From the human T2T-CHM13v2.0 reference genome, Homo sapiens: DNA of 64,000 nucleotides. A model generated the notes under the pieces. It did not search any database. It worked only from the letters and a program-made list of their open reading frames with translations, and was not told the DNA's origin. The DNA is taken from assembly GCF_009914755.1 (NCBI RefSeq), contig NC_060936.1, one strand, 5' to 3'. The translations under genes were made by a program, and so were the position numbers. The first letter of the stretch is position 1. The number at the start of each line of letters is the position of its first letter. Shown here in pieces: positions 1 to 17,749 of the stretch.

Positions 1-1210
<1,210 letters not shown>

Positions 1211-1214
1211 TTTA

Positions 1215-1312
1215 GAATATTCCATGATGTCAGGGAATACGTTTTTCCTATTTTCCATCTTTGCATCTAGCATAGTTGCTGACTCAGCAAAGACTAAAAT
1301 ATTTGTTGAATA
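1215..1312 (+). mobile_element. L2 3' end fragment
   Basis: tctagcatagttgctgac...aaatatttgttgaataa resembles the L2 terminus. Confidence 0.55.
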
Positions 1313-1385
1313 AGGATCCTAAAAGAAAAGAATGAAACTCAGTTATCTATTTTCCTTCTATTTCTACTGGGGCAAAAATTAGTAT

Positions 1386-2729
<1,344 letters not shown>

Positions 2730-2730
<1 letters not shown>

Positions 2731-3031
2731 TTTTTTATTTTTAAGAGATAGAATCTTGCTCTGTCTCCCAAGCTGGAGTGCGGTGGGATGATTTAGCTCA
2801 CTGCAACCTTAAACTTCTAGGCTCAAATGATACTCCTGCTTCAGCTTCTCTAGTAGCTGGGAATAGGTGCATGCCACTACACCTGGCTATTTTTTTTTCT
2901 TTAATTTTTTGTAGAGATGGGGTTTTGCTTTGTTGCCCACATTGTTCTCACAAACTCCTGGCTTCAAGCAATCTTCCCACCTCAGTCTCCCAAAGCATTG
3001 GGATTACAGACATGACCCTCCACACCCAGCC
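2730..3031 (-). mobile_element. AluJ
   Basis: Diverged dimer with J-type motifs (tagctcactgcaaccttaaac, tttgtagagatgggg). Confidence 0.88.
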
Positions 3032-4299
3032 AAAATTAATATTTTATAATGGTAGTGCTAGAATTCATTTTAGAGAGGAACTATCTTTGTTAGCCTTAAG
3101 GATAGAAATTGAGACTCACAAAGCATGCGTTAACAGTAAACAAAGCAATAATGGACACAGCTAAATTTATTTTCATGATGAATAATCAGGGAATTTGAGG
3201 GTGGATTTTGAATGAAGAAAAAATAGAAGAGGGGAGAAAGAAGAGGTAAACAATTAAAAATGCGGTAGAGAGTTTGAATGACATTTAAGATCAGGAATGA
3301 TTAACATTTAAAGTTCTTTGCATTACTAAGAAGTAAATCTGACACCTCTCCAAAACTTCAGTAAACTCTGATGCTTGCATGTCTCCTGAAAGTGTTGTTG
3401 GTTGTTGTTGTTTTTGCCAAAGAAATAAATGAAGGACTAAGTCCTATATTTGCCCTATTGACAAAGCAGGAATAAAAACATGCAGAAGGCATACAAGAAA
3501 ACAAGGATTCAGTGGAGACCGATAATGAAAGCCAAACGGATGATGAGAATAAACTTTTCCTTGCCTCGATATTTGTCAGGAATTTGAGGGAAAGGCATGG
3601 AAATTTTCTCGGGGCATGAATTACTGGTTCAATTCAATTTTATTACCACTTAAACAGCTAAAAAGACCTTGCTGTGCATAGATTTCTAGATGGCATAGAT
3701 CTCTCTACCAGGCAACACCTTCTCATTTTCACCAAAGGCGTTTACTTTTACTATCAGCATTAAAAGCACCCATAATCATTAATTTGTCCACAGTTTTACT
3801 TTTCAACTGTCCTAATGTACGCTCTTTCCATTCCTCCTCCTTTTCAGGTGCTGCCTCTGCTCACTACCATCTCATCACAGGCTTTTCTGCCTACCAGATG
3901 GTGGTGTGTGCCTTTCCTTCTTTGCATTCACACTCCCTACAGTGAGCACTGCATAAACACTGAATACAATAAACATTTCAGCTGCTCAAAAATTGTTCTA
4001 AAATTTATGGCAGAGTCCTTTCCATTTAGGAAAGGCAGCACACATGTATTAGTGTGACAAAAGACATAATAAAATAACAATACCAATTAACAGGGCTAAA
4101 ATTCGCAACATTCCTTCACATTTTGTTTTCTGCACCTCCCCCCACCTTCATATTAGTAGAAAAACCAAGGATGCTGGGAATGTAATAGGTCTGTTAACCA
4201 TGCTGGTTGTCAAGAGATACTGAGCCTTGGTTAACCCTGATGACCTCTCCAAATGATAATAATTAACACCTTTGAAGAGAGAAAGTTAAGTACTCAAAT

Positions 4300-4590
4300 A
4301 GAGTGCTTAACATACCAGAATGAGTAACTCTTGACATGGAGTTGCGGAAGATTTTATTAGGGAAAGTCTCATAGATGAGGTGCCATGTGAATTGCATCAT
4401 GAAGGAAAAGGAAAAAAAGTTTGCCAGACAAATAAAAAGGGGAGAACTATTCTAGGCAGAGACAGTACTGCATTCAAAGACTCACAAACGAGAAGAAACT
4501 AAACATCTTTAGTGGACAGCAGGAAGTTGAAAAATTCTGTTAACATGAGGAGAGGTTATAAGGGCAAGTTGTTAAAGAACCTATCCCAAT
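4300..4590 (-). mobile_element. L2 fragment
   Basis: Purine-rich antisense L2-like tract (gaactattctaggcagagacagtactgcattcaaaga). Confidence 0.5.
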
Positions 4591-4931
4591 GACAGTTCTC
4601 GGAAATCCCCTTTAGAGAGTTTGTTCAGGCAGTGGTGTGAACCAAATATTAAACAAATAGACAAACAAAAATAGGCGTTGTAGGCTTTGCACTTTCGTCT
4701 CTGGAATTTCTCCAAACTATAACCTCATTGCCCACTGAGGATAATTCCAGGACCCTGGAAAGTCCAGACATTACTACCTCATTCTCTCAGGCTGCCCTTT
4801 GTATCAACAACTTGCCTCATCTCATGACTCAGACACCACACTGATCTCCTTGACTTTGGGTATATGCCTTCTGGTTCTGTTCACCATAATCTCTGGAAAG
4901 AGCTTTATGCCCTCCTCTCACCACTCTCACC

Positions 4932-4933
<2 letters not shown>

Positions 4934-4971
<38 letters not shown>
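4934..4971. repeat. (CA)n microsatellite
   Basis: Pure AC run of about 19 units. Confidence 0.98.
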
Positions 4972-4974
<3 letters not shown>

Positions 4975-7169
4975 ACCTTAGGTTACAAAGCAGTTACCTT
5001 CTGTGTCTCCACTTCCCAAGCTGGCCTCATTACACACTGGAGTCAGACAATTACCAGTGAAAAGTCAAAGGATGTTTTTAAGCAAAAGAACAATGTGCTA
5101 GAATTACCAAGAGTACTGACATTGGACATTTTTTCTTATTAAATATGAAAGCAATAGTCGTTAAAAAGTTGGAGTTCAAAAAAATAGCCAGATAAAATTT
5201 TAGCAAAAATTCTCAGATGATTGGCATATGAGTGGCAAGGTATTACAAACTACTTAAGGGTATAAGAACACAATAAAAATAGTAAGCTCTTCAGATTTTT
5301 CAGAATTAAATACTTGTCTAAAATCCATCTTATTCCCCCCTACCATTCATCTATGTGAATTTTATTAACCAAAGTAACACATAAAACGGAGGGAAAGAGA
5401 CAAAGAACGAAGGATGCAGTGCAAGATAACAAATGAGTACTCATTACAGGATTGCAACGCAAACTAATGTTAAAACCTAAATCTCCATAGCATGAACTTC
5501 GGGAGATTTGCATGGTATCAAGAAATCATTTATTATTGGTTTTTCTGCACTTATAGATAAATGAAGCCAGGAAAATCTCCATTTTCCCAGCTGCAAATTT
5601 TCTGAGTATGGTGTAATATTCAGCTATTGAGTTGAAGAGTGTTGTTCACTGTAACTACTAGTTTTGAATATAATATGAATAATCAGCATGAAATAGCATT
5701 CTTGGACCCCTCGTTGTAATCAACATGTCATTGTTACAATATTATGGTACCAACATAAAGTAGAGTCTCCTCATTCTAATTTTTGAATGTGTTTAAAGAA
5801 TAAATTATAATAATTTCCAAAAGCATGAAGGACAGCTTTGTGAGATTGCATCTTTCTCCTAAAAATGATAAGAAATTCACTAATGAGTCCATTAGACAGA
5901 GTCCATTAAAGGTGACAGGACAAAGATCTCTTGGAGACTTCATCAAGTGGAGACAATATGCAAAATTAACTCAGTGTCCATTCGGCTTCCCTGTGCTCAA
6001 ACAGGAAATGAGGTTTGAGTGACGACTTTATTTAGCGAGTCAAAGGTGGCTGAAAATTTTATGAAATGGTGCAACTCACATGCAAAACAGAGCAGATATT
6101 TATTAGAAGAATTTGATGTGGTACAGTGAAAAATGTGAATAATTCTCATTAGATATCAGTTAATAAAGGGCATGAAATATAAATCAGCCGCAAGCTTGAT
6201 GTGCATGAAGTTGACTTTTGTTGGCGATAGTAGCCTTATCACTGTACGTTCATTAATATGGATCTCATTTATTGTCCTGTCTCCTTTTATAGTCAACTCA
6301 TTTGAAATCATAATAGTTCCTATTAGTTAGGCTTCATTTAAAATTATCACGATTGTTTAGACATCCATCCTTAGAAATGTATTTATAATTGCAATTCTTG
6401 GGGCCCAGAGATTTTGTTTCAGTCAAGAACAAATTTTTATTTTAAGAAAATGTGTCATATACACAGACATACAAAACAAGGGTTACTGACACTTGGACAA
6501 CTCAGAAGATAGAATTCTACATTTTAAAAGTGTTAGGGGAAATATTTTCATGTGAAAAACCATGAAGGCATGTGGCCTAAAATCCACTGCGGATAATAAT
6601 GCACATGTATAAATTTTATGATAAAAATACAAACATTAATATTTTATATATATTGTTTCATTGTTATATAATATTATTATTAAAGAAACTAAATTTTTAA
6701 GAAAGAATATGAAGACAAAGCCTAATTTTATTAAAGCCCTGCTATTGTAATGATGACAAGACTCAACATTCACAGAATAATAACCAAACATTTACTAAAT
6801 GTTTTACATTTTTTCATATCTTACCAATACATAAATTCAACAGATATTTGTGTATATTTAGGTTGTTTTGACAAAATAATTATCCTTCTATAACCATATC
6901 TAAATTGTGAATATGTTAACCAAAATAGTACTTTTTAAAAAATAGGGTGTAGCTGGCAAATTCAATATATTCTGGTTTCCATTATTTTAAAATTAAATGC
7001 TTAATATGCTTGATGTGAGTTCCACTTTGGGGTACTTCCGTTATTTGACTATGGCAACCCATGTGTCTCGTAAACTAGCATGTTACAGGAAACAAGCCCA
7101 GGATACATAAGCCTAGGAATTACAATGAATCACCTTCACAGTGGTATCCCCAATCATGAGAGTCTGCTT

Positions 7170-8760
<1,591 letters not shown>

Positions 8761-8877
8761 CCTTAGCTACAGCGACATACTGTTCCACTGGGGGACATAG
8801 CATGGTTTGCCCAACTGCAACCCTGTCAATGTCCATCTGCATTGTTTCCAATTTTGTGTTATTACAAACAATTTGCC

Positions 8878-8990
8878 TTTAATTCAATTTTCACAACACA
8901 TCTTTGGTATTATTGCCTCCATTTTAGTATTATGAAACTGAGGCTCCGAGAAACTGAGAAATTTGTCCAAGTTTGCAAAGCTGTCTGAGG
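8878..8990 (-). mobile_element. MIR fragment
   Basis: MIR core: ccattttag..tatgaaactgaggctccgagaaactgagaaatttgtccaag. Confidence 0.75.
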
Positions 8991-10505
8991 CGAAAATCTT
9001 GCTGTTAATGTCTAAGTACAGTGCCCCTTCAGCATTCCCCATCACCACACTCAGTGACCATTTTCTGCTATCCCTTGCTTCCACACATCTCTGTGAATAA
9101 GAACAAACCAATGGAAGGACAAAGGCAAGTCACCCCATGCATCTTTGGATCCAGCTGAATATTGAAGAGGGCCTGGGCAGGAGAAGGATTATCCAGTGCT
9201 AGAGCTAGCTGAACCTCTGCTCCTTCCTAGCCCCAACCTGGTACAAAAAATAATTCATTCTACACCTACTCATGTGCTTAATCAAAATGCCACATATAAC
9301 GGCCAAAGAAGTGGGGTTTAATGTGCAAATCCTTTGTAAGAAAGGATAATTATCATATTTGCTTTGGTGTCAGTGTGCAGGGTGATATTAAATAATACAG
9401 TTTTATTAAAATTTTCATATATTCAACAGTGTGAGATCCACCCATAAAACACCTACTTTGGGTCTCAGTAAAATACATGAAAAGACAATAGATTATCAAG
9501 AGTTTGCCTTTGAAGCTCTAATGAATTGTCTTGATCTTGGACTATTTTTGCTCCACAACTTTGAAGTGACCACTCAAATGTCATTGTTTAAAATGTAGCA
9601 AGAAAAGCCCGCCCTGCTATATAGGAGTGGCTTGCTTCTCTGGAGAGGGAAACTTTGGATGGCTCCATGAAAGCATTCTGGGGGTTTGGGGAATAAGGGT
9701 AGGAAACTGATTGCTCCTCTGCATATAGAAAGAGAATGAAACTCTTTTCTGTTTGAATTTACATTTAATTTTCATCAAGCTGACTTTGTCCTGGAAGATG
9801 TGGATATTACAAAGTTTTCACCTCTGGGACTCATGATGACAATCCATCCCTTTTCCCCATATTTAAAGGCAGAATTGGCAGCATTCTCTTTATTTCATGA
9901 ACTGCTTTTAAATGACATGCAGGAGAAGAAAGACACCACAGTTAAATATATAAAAATAAATTTTCTTGGCTTACTGGGGTAGCAAACAAATATCTATGAG
10001 TAATGACCCTATATCACCAGCTAGCAAGGCACTTAATAAAATCCAAACAACTGTCACACACGGGTTATAAGGTCATTCCTCACATATAAGATAAACTAGA
10101 AATCTATCCAAAGGATAGAATCAGGGAGAATGTTATGAAGTTTGCTGTAAAATAACAAATGAGTTTCACATGTTATTTCATTTCCCAAGGGCACTTTGAT
10201 AAGCATACACACATATTGTCAATGCATGCTGGGACCTCAGTGCATGTGGCGGACACAGAAACAAGCAAGTTCAAAACCATAAATGTCATTTAGTAACAAA
10301 TTAAATATTTGTCACAAGTGACAGCACAACAAATAAGTAAAACAACGCAGTATACTTTTTGGCTGCCAACAATGTGGAGAATGATGGAAATGCAAAATAT
10401 GAAGACACTGTCCTTCACGAAGGTAATGATAAGGTTTCTATTTATAACACTTTTATAACATTTCCATTTAAAAGAGTCACAGAGGCTTGAACTTATCAGT
10501 ATGGT

Positions 10506-10535
10506 GAATGAATGAATGAATGAATGAATGAATGA
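10506..10535. repeat. (TGAA)n microsatellite
   Basis: About 7 tandem TGAA units, possibly an L2 tail remnant. Confidence 0.95.
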
Positions 10536-10621
10536 ACAAAATTAAATGCTGTAGGAAAGTGAGTGTGTATGGGTTGTGGAGAAGAAATGAGAATTCATAG
10601 ACATGGTTTAAGAAGCAACTA

Positions 10622-10932
<311 letters not shown>

Positions 10933-11045
10933 AGAAGCAACAACCGTATTTCCAAATGAAGTCTAAAGCTAAAGAAACCACTCATTTTTAATACCTCTCA
11001 AAACTGTCAGTATGTGCACAGACGCACAGCAGAAAAATCCTAGCC

Positions 11046-11193
11046 TAGTGGTATTTAAGGTTCAGTGTGCATTAAGATTCACCTGAAGCGTCTGCTAAAA
11101 ATGTAGATTCTGATTCAGGCTCAGGAATTCCTATTTAAATGTCTTATGTGATCCTGAGAAAAAGTGGTACAAAGAGAATTTTGAGAAACACTG
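11046..11193. mobile_element. MER5-type hAT-Charlie MITE
   Basis: cagtgtgcattaagattcacctg...aaaaatgtagattct...tttgagaaacactg. Confidence 0.75.
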
Positions 11194-11626
11194 TTCCCTG
11201 CCAAGTGGCAGGCCTGCGGAGAATGGTTTGGTTCCCCCCTCCTTTTCTCTATGAGCTTTCTTAGATAGTAGTTTTTGTTGTTGTTGCTTTGTTTTTACTG
11301 TCAGTAACACACCTCACCGTCTTAACACCATAGCTGAGCTCATCCTTCTTATAGGGAAATATTATTTTTTACCTCAAAATTCAAATTTGAAGTATATTTC
11401 AAATTAGAGTCTTTGCCAAAAACACCGATATTTAAATAGAGAAAAGTAGTGGATCTGGGGTTTTTATTCTGTGATAATTACATGGAACTTGTGGGGTAGG
11501 AAGAGCAGAGAGTAAGGACTAGAAAGATGAATTAAGACTTTACTTCAAATAAAGACACTGCAAAGATGCTGGAAAATATCAATACATAAAAATATTTCTC
11601 TGGGTATTAAAACTAAAAATGCATAT

Positions 11627-11754
11627 TAAGTTTGCTAGATAAAATATAGGATGGCCAATTAATTTTGAATTTCAGATAACAAATACATTTTTAGTATACA
11701 TATCAAATTTAACTGGGCATCCTGGATTTTTATTGGTGAAATCTGATAACTCTA
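11627..11754. mobile_element. MER53 palindromic hAT MITE, centre deleted
   Basis: aggatggccaattaattttgaatttcagata ... tcaaatttaactgggcatcctg inverted arms. Confidence 0.82.
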
Positions 11755-12199
11755 ATGCTTATTACACAAAGCAAGTGTTAAAAATTACTTTACTGTGTGG
11801 CAGAGAATGAAAAGCATGGATTATGTAGCTTTGAGCGGATCATTGACATATTGAGGCCTGACTTCCGCTTGAAGAAAACCTTGCAAGATATTTCCCGTGC
11901 CCTGGGAATCACCATTTATATCAAACCTCTGAGAAATTTCCCCAAAGACTATTTTACTCAATCAATATGTCAATTTGCTCCCAGCAAGAACCTCTTAATA
12001 CCCCACAGACCTTTTAAGTGAAAGATTGTAGAGGGCAGTTCAGTGCACATAACTACATTCGTTTTCTAAATGTACATAATTATCTAATAACAATGCTGTA
12101 TATATTATTTCTCTTCTTTCCCATAGGAAACTCATTTGTGCCTTCTGGCTTTAAACATTAAGTTCTGAATTTTGGGGGTTTTTTTGTTTTTTATATCTC

Positions 12200-12472
12200 T
12201 AGTTTTCTCAAGGCATTCTATTAGTTTAGTTCTTTACAAGGGATTTTTGTGGGGTTTTTATGTTGTTGTTTTTTCCCTAGTACTATTCACGTTTTTGGCC
12301 AAATAGTTATTTGTTGTCAGGGCTGTTCTGTGTATTGTAGGATGTTTAGCAGCCTCTCTGACCTCTATTATCTAGATATCAGAAGCACTCTCTAAGTTGT
12401 AACAACCAAAATATCTCCAGACATTGCCAAATATCCTCTAGAGGACAAACCACTCCTAGTTGAGAATCACTA
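12200..12472. mobile_element. MER20 hAT-Charlie element
   Basis: gtgtattgtaggatgtttagcagc...tctccagacattgccaaat...gttgagaatcact; left boundary uncertain (clear match from about 12280). Confidence 0.85.
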
Positions 12473-12555
12473 CATACAAGAATAGTTCGTAATTTGGTGC
12501 AACTTGACTTTTTTTCTTTTTAAAAAAATGGAAAAACATAATTAATCTAAGGTCT

Positions 12556-12849
<294 letters not shown>

Positions 12850-12869
12850 TACACATATTCTTAACAGAA

Positions 12870-13260
12870 AATTTTGTAAAAATTTTTATAGATTTAAAAT
12901 TTTTAAAAATATGCAGTCAAGTATACCCAAAAATGCGTTAGGAAAACAATCAATAAATGATATCAAAATAGACCAATAAGCAATTCTTAAAAATAGGTCA
13001 CCAAATAAACTCTATATCTACTAAATAAAATTTCCTAAACTGAAATACATAAAAACTGTTGAGAACAATCTTGGGTATTTATCAATATTGCATATTAATA
13101 ACCTAGTAAACTGAGGTAATAGAAATAAATCATAAAGGAAAAGACTGAAAGATTCAGCTCCATAGACATTAAATATCTATGTAATATAAATTAAAATAAT
13201 AATGAAAATGAAAATACTGCAAAAATATATCTTACTAATATAAAGGATATATATGGTGGA
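12870..13260 (+). mobile_element. Highly degraded L1M fragment
   Basis: A-rich, L1 ORF2-like (aaatcataaaggaaaagactgaaagattc). Confidence 0.45.
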
Positions 13261-13861
13261 ATAAAAAGGTATATAGCTATAATTTAGTATATAGTAGATG
13301 CCCTCCCAGCTGAGGCTATTGGGATAGCAGTTAGTGAGTTAATCAAAAACTTAAAATTCAAATTACTCCTAAGTACCTTAAATACTTTAACTTAAACCAT
13401 GTAAATGCAAAGTTATTAGCAATCTTTGATATAGAATCAACCCTTTTATTTTGAATATTAGTTCATTGATAGATGTTCCATACACACTTTCTTTCAGAAA
13501 CCACACCCATAATGCATCTGCAATGATTTCCTGCACATTATTTTTTATTGAGAGTTTTTTAAAATCTGAGAGCAAAGTTATTTTCAATGCTTATGTCTTT
13601 CAATCTGTTGCAATTATCTACCCATCTTCAGTTCAACAGCATGATTCTCTCGTTAATTAATCTTTATTCCATCTTTCTGATGCATTCAACTTAGTTTCTA
13701 TAGAAATGCCTCTCTTTCCACACTCGTATTTCACTACTTTAAATAATATAAAATTGAACAATAACTTCACATTACAAACCAGTTTCAAGCAACATGAACA
13801 AGTGAGGGAGAAATACAGCTGACTCCTGGTAAGAATACAACAAACATACTTTAAATAGAAC

Positions 13862-14445
13862 TGAGGCAGGAAAATAGGATCTGGAGGCAGGGAACCTAAG
13901 GTAGATTCGCACTGACTTCTAGAACTAGATCAAAAGGAAAACCCCAACTTTTCAGGCCCAAGTAACAAAAGAACAGAGGCTACTCCCTTTGCAACCCCCT
14001 CCTCCCCCGCCACACACACACACACACACACAAACACACAACTTTCTGTACTGTAGATGAGAAATGGAAAGTACATCTGATTGGTCCACTCCCACAACCA
14101 AGCAGACATTTGCATGGGGTGTAACGTTGTAACTTTACTTTAGCCTCTGATTGGTTGACCAATCAGACTGGTTGCAGGCCACTACTTCATTTACATAGGG
14201 TGTAAACCAAATAACCAGTGGGAAACCTCTAGAGAGTATTTAAACTCTAGAAAATTCTGTAACTAGTGCTCTTGAGCCTCTATGCCTCAACCCCGTCCCA
14301 CTCTGTGGGGTGCACTTTCATTTCAATAAATCTATGCTTTCATTGCTTCATTCTTTTGTTGCTTTGTTTGTGCACTTTGTCCAGTTATTTGTTCAAAATT
14401 TCAAGAAACTGGACGACTTGTAGTCAAGACCCTCCAATGGTAACA
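13862..14445 (+). mobile_element. Solo ERV1 LTR, MER51A-like
   Basis: TG...CA termini (tgaggcaggaaaatagg...ggtaaca); CCAAT boxes, TATA-like gtatttaaa and AATAAA in LTR order; internal (CA)n at about 14009-14040. Confidence 0.88.
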
Positions 14446-14961
14446 GACTGCACACTTGATTTTTTTTCTTTATGAATTACGCTTTTGATGTCAGATCTGT
14501 GAAATTTTTGTCTAACCTAAAGTCACAGTGATTTCCTCTTACAATATCTTCTGGATGTTTCACAGTTTTTATCTTTACACTTAGGTCTATTATCCGCTTT
14601 GAGTTAATTTTTGTATATTGTACAAAGAATTAATGGAATTAAAAATTTCTGCTATTCAAGATCGCTAAGAGCATGAAAAGACAAGCTACAGACAGAATTT
14701 AATGTTCAGCTTCTTTCAGCAATTTGTGTGTGATTTTCATCCATGTTGTTGCATAAAGCTGTAGTTCACTCATTTTTATTGGTAAATAATGGCCTATTGT
14801 GTGACAAGACCACAATTCATTTCTCCATTCTATTGATAGGCTTTTGGTTGTTTACAGTTTTGGGTGCTAAGAACGTTATTTTACATGTCTTTTGGTGCAT
14901 AAGAGAACACTTTTTTTGCTGTTGGATATGTTAACCAGGATTGAAATTGCTGGGCCATACA

Positions 14962-15145
14962 TAGCGATGCGTTTGTAAACCAGCTCACTGAACAAGAAAG
15001 CCTTGATTAGCATTTGCTAACATCTGTGATGTTAATACTCCTACCATGGCCAATTTCCAGCTACCAATAATGTAATGACCCACTCACAGAAGCCCTTTTA
15101 ACAATCGCTCTCATGAGCTGCTCGGAACTGGCTCCAACAATGCTG
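14962..15145 (-). mobile_element. MER63A-like hAT element
   Basis: aatactcctaccatggccaatttccagctaccaa; ttaacaatcgctctcatgagctg...ctggctcca. Confidence 0.75.
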
Positions 15146-15599
15146 ACTCAACCCACCATACAACCCACACTTTACCTGTTCTTGACTTTAGCAGACGATG
15201 TCAAACTGTTTGTCCAAATGATTGGATGAATTAATACTCCACCAAAAATGTATGTGTTCCCCTCGTTCCATAGACTCACCAACCCTCAGTATTGTCAGTC
15301 TCTTCCATTTTGGCCTTTCTGTTGGGTCTGAATTGGTATCACTTTGTGGCTTAATTTGCTTTTCTGTGGTGACTAATGAGGTTGAACAACTTTTCAGATG
15401 TATCACTATGGCATTTGGATATCCCCTTTTATGTTATGCCTACTCTTGCACATTTTTCTATTGGGCTTCTGTCTTCATGGATTCACATATTCTGGACATG
15501 AGCCCCTTGTCAGTTTTGTGTGTGTCAAATACCTTCTCCCACTCTTCTTTTATATTTTGACTGTCTTGTGTTTTCTAATAAACAAAAATTCAAATTTTA

Positions 15600-15951
<352 letters not shown>

Positions 15952-16322
15952 AGGTCATAATGATATGCACGCAAATTATTTTCTAGAAGTTTTATTCTTT
16001 GTCCTTTACATTTGATTTTATAATTTATGTGAAAATAATTATTGTATGTAGTATAAAAACGGACCTTTGTATTTTTCCTAGATGAGTAACCAATTGTCAC
16101 AATACCATCTGTTGATGAGCCCTTCATTCTCTCAGTTCTGTAGCTCTACCTTAATCATAAATCAAGTGCCCATGTCTGTTTCTGGGTTTTCAGTTCTATT
16201 CTACATACTTGTTATTCTTAATTAAATACTACATTGTCATAATCGCTGTAGCTTTGTAATATATCTGATATCAGCTAGATCAAGTTCTCCCATATTATGT
16301 TTCTTCATTACCATTGCCTAGT

Positions 16323-16797
16323 GCCAGGGCTCAGAACATGATACCCCCAACGTATGGTGCCTTGGCATGCTGAGTACTTCAAAGTGAGGGAAATCAAAAG
16401 GGTCACAGTAGCAAGATCTTTCTGACCTTCTCCTACCCTTCTTTCTCCTGTGCTCCCATTTTCCCTAAGGCAGGCCATAGAAACTACGACTCTTCTTCCC
16501 CAAAGCCAACCATAAACAGAACCATAAACAGACGTTGCTGGGTGCCCTTGCCCCCCACCTATTGCCATTAAACCATACCCTTTTGTCCAATCACATTTCT
16601 ACCCAGCTACGCATTCTTCATCAAACCTAAGCATAAAAATGGACAGTTTTCCCTGAATCTTTGGGTCTTCATTTCTGAAGGCTCCTGTGCTGTATAGAAC
16701 TTTTATTAAATAAATGTGGATGTTTTCTCCTCTTAATCTCTCTTTGTCAGTTTTATTCAGACCTAGCCAGACACTCTAGGATGGTTTCACTCCCTAC
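16323..16797 (+). mobile_element. Solo ERV1 LTR, MER34/MER39 group
   Basis: tgccagggctcagaacatgatacccc..tatggtgccttggcatgctgagtactt start; attaaataaa poly-A region; ends ctccctac. Confidence 0.78.
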
Positions 16798-16859
16798 TTT
16801 AGTCTTGCCTTTTACATTTTCATTTCATTTTAGAATCAGCTTGTCAAGTTCCACACAGG

Positions 16860-16912
16860 AAAAAACAAAACAAAACAAAAAAAACAAAAAACAACAACAA
16901 CAAAAAAAAAAC
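16860..16912. repeat. (CAAAA)n/(CAA)n A-rich repeat
   Basis: Seen directly. Confidence 0.9.
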
Positions 16913-17650
16913 ATTGGATTTTGATTGGGATTTTACTGATTCTGTAGATCAATTTGAAAATAACTGACACCTCTAATATATTGAGTATTCTGAATAATAA
17001 ATGCTCCACTTTTTAGATTCTTTATTTCTCTTAATAATGTTTTATAGCATCATACATGGAGGTCTTACAATATTTTATTAGATTTATGCATAGATATTCA
17101 ACATTTTTATTTTATTATAAATGTTACCTTTCAAATTCTTTTTCCTGCATATTTCTGTAATTCATATATAGTCTATATTTTTCTAGTATATAGAGATTAA
17201 GCACTTATAAAATAATTTAAATTAATTTAATTATAATAATTTATCCATATTTTCTTTTAGATTTTTAGTTATATAATTATCGTCAAATGATGATAGTTTT
17301 ATTTCCTCTTTCCAATCTTTATGTCTTTTTTTTAACCTTATTGCACTGGCTAGAACATTTAGAACAATATTCAACAGAAGTGATGACAGTGGAAACTCTT
17401 GTCTTGTTCTTGATCCCAAAGGGAAATTTTCAAATATTCTTCATTAATTATATTTTTGTAGATTTTTGAAGATATCCTTATTAGCATAAGAACATTTTCT
17501 TCCATTCCTAGTTTGTTAAGGGTTTTTATTGTTAGTATGTATTAAATGTTACCAAATTATTTTGCTCTTTTCTTCTAATGTGGTAAATTACACTGATTTT
17601 TTTAAATGCTAAACTAAACTTACATTCCTATAATAAACCCAATTGGTCAT

Positions 17651-17749
17651 TATATACTTTTATTACTTTTTATACTTTTTTATTACCTTTATTACTTTTT
17701 TATTACTTTATATACTTTTCATTATATTATATTTACACTATATACTTTT
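17651..17749. repeat. Degenerate ~10-bp minisatellite (TATTACTTTT)
   Basis: About 8 variant units inside the L1. Confidence 0.8.

Noticed and set aside
3478-3620. Acidic protein-like frame (QENKDSVETDNESQTDDENKLF)
   Set aside because: Bounded by stops, no ATG in frame and no proper splice acceptor
6450-7010. Possible old DNA transposon in AT-rich sequence
   Set aside because: No TIRs or family motif I can identify with confidence
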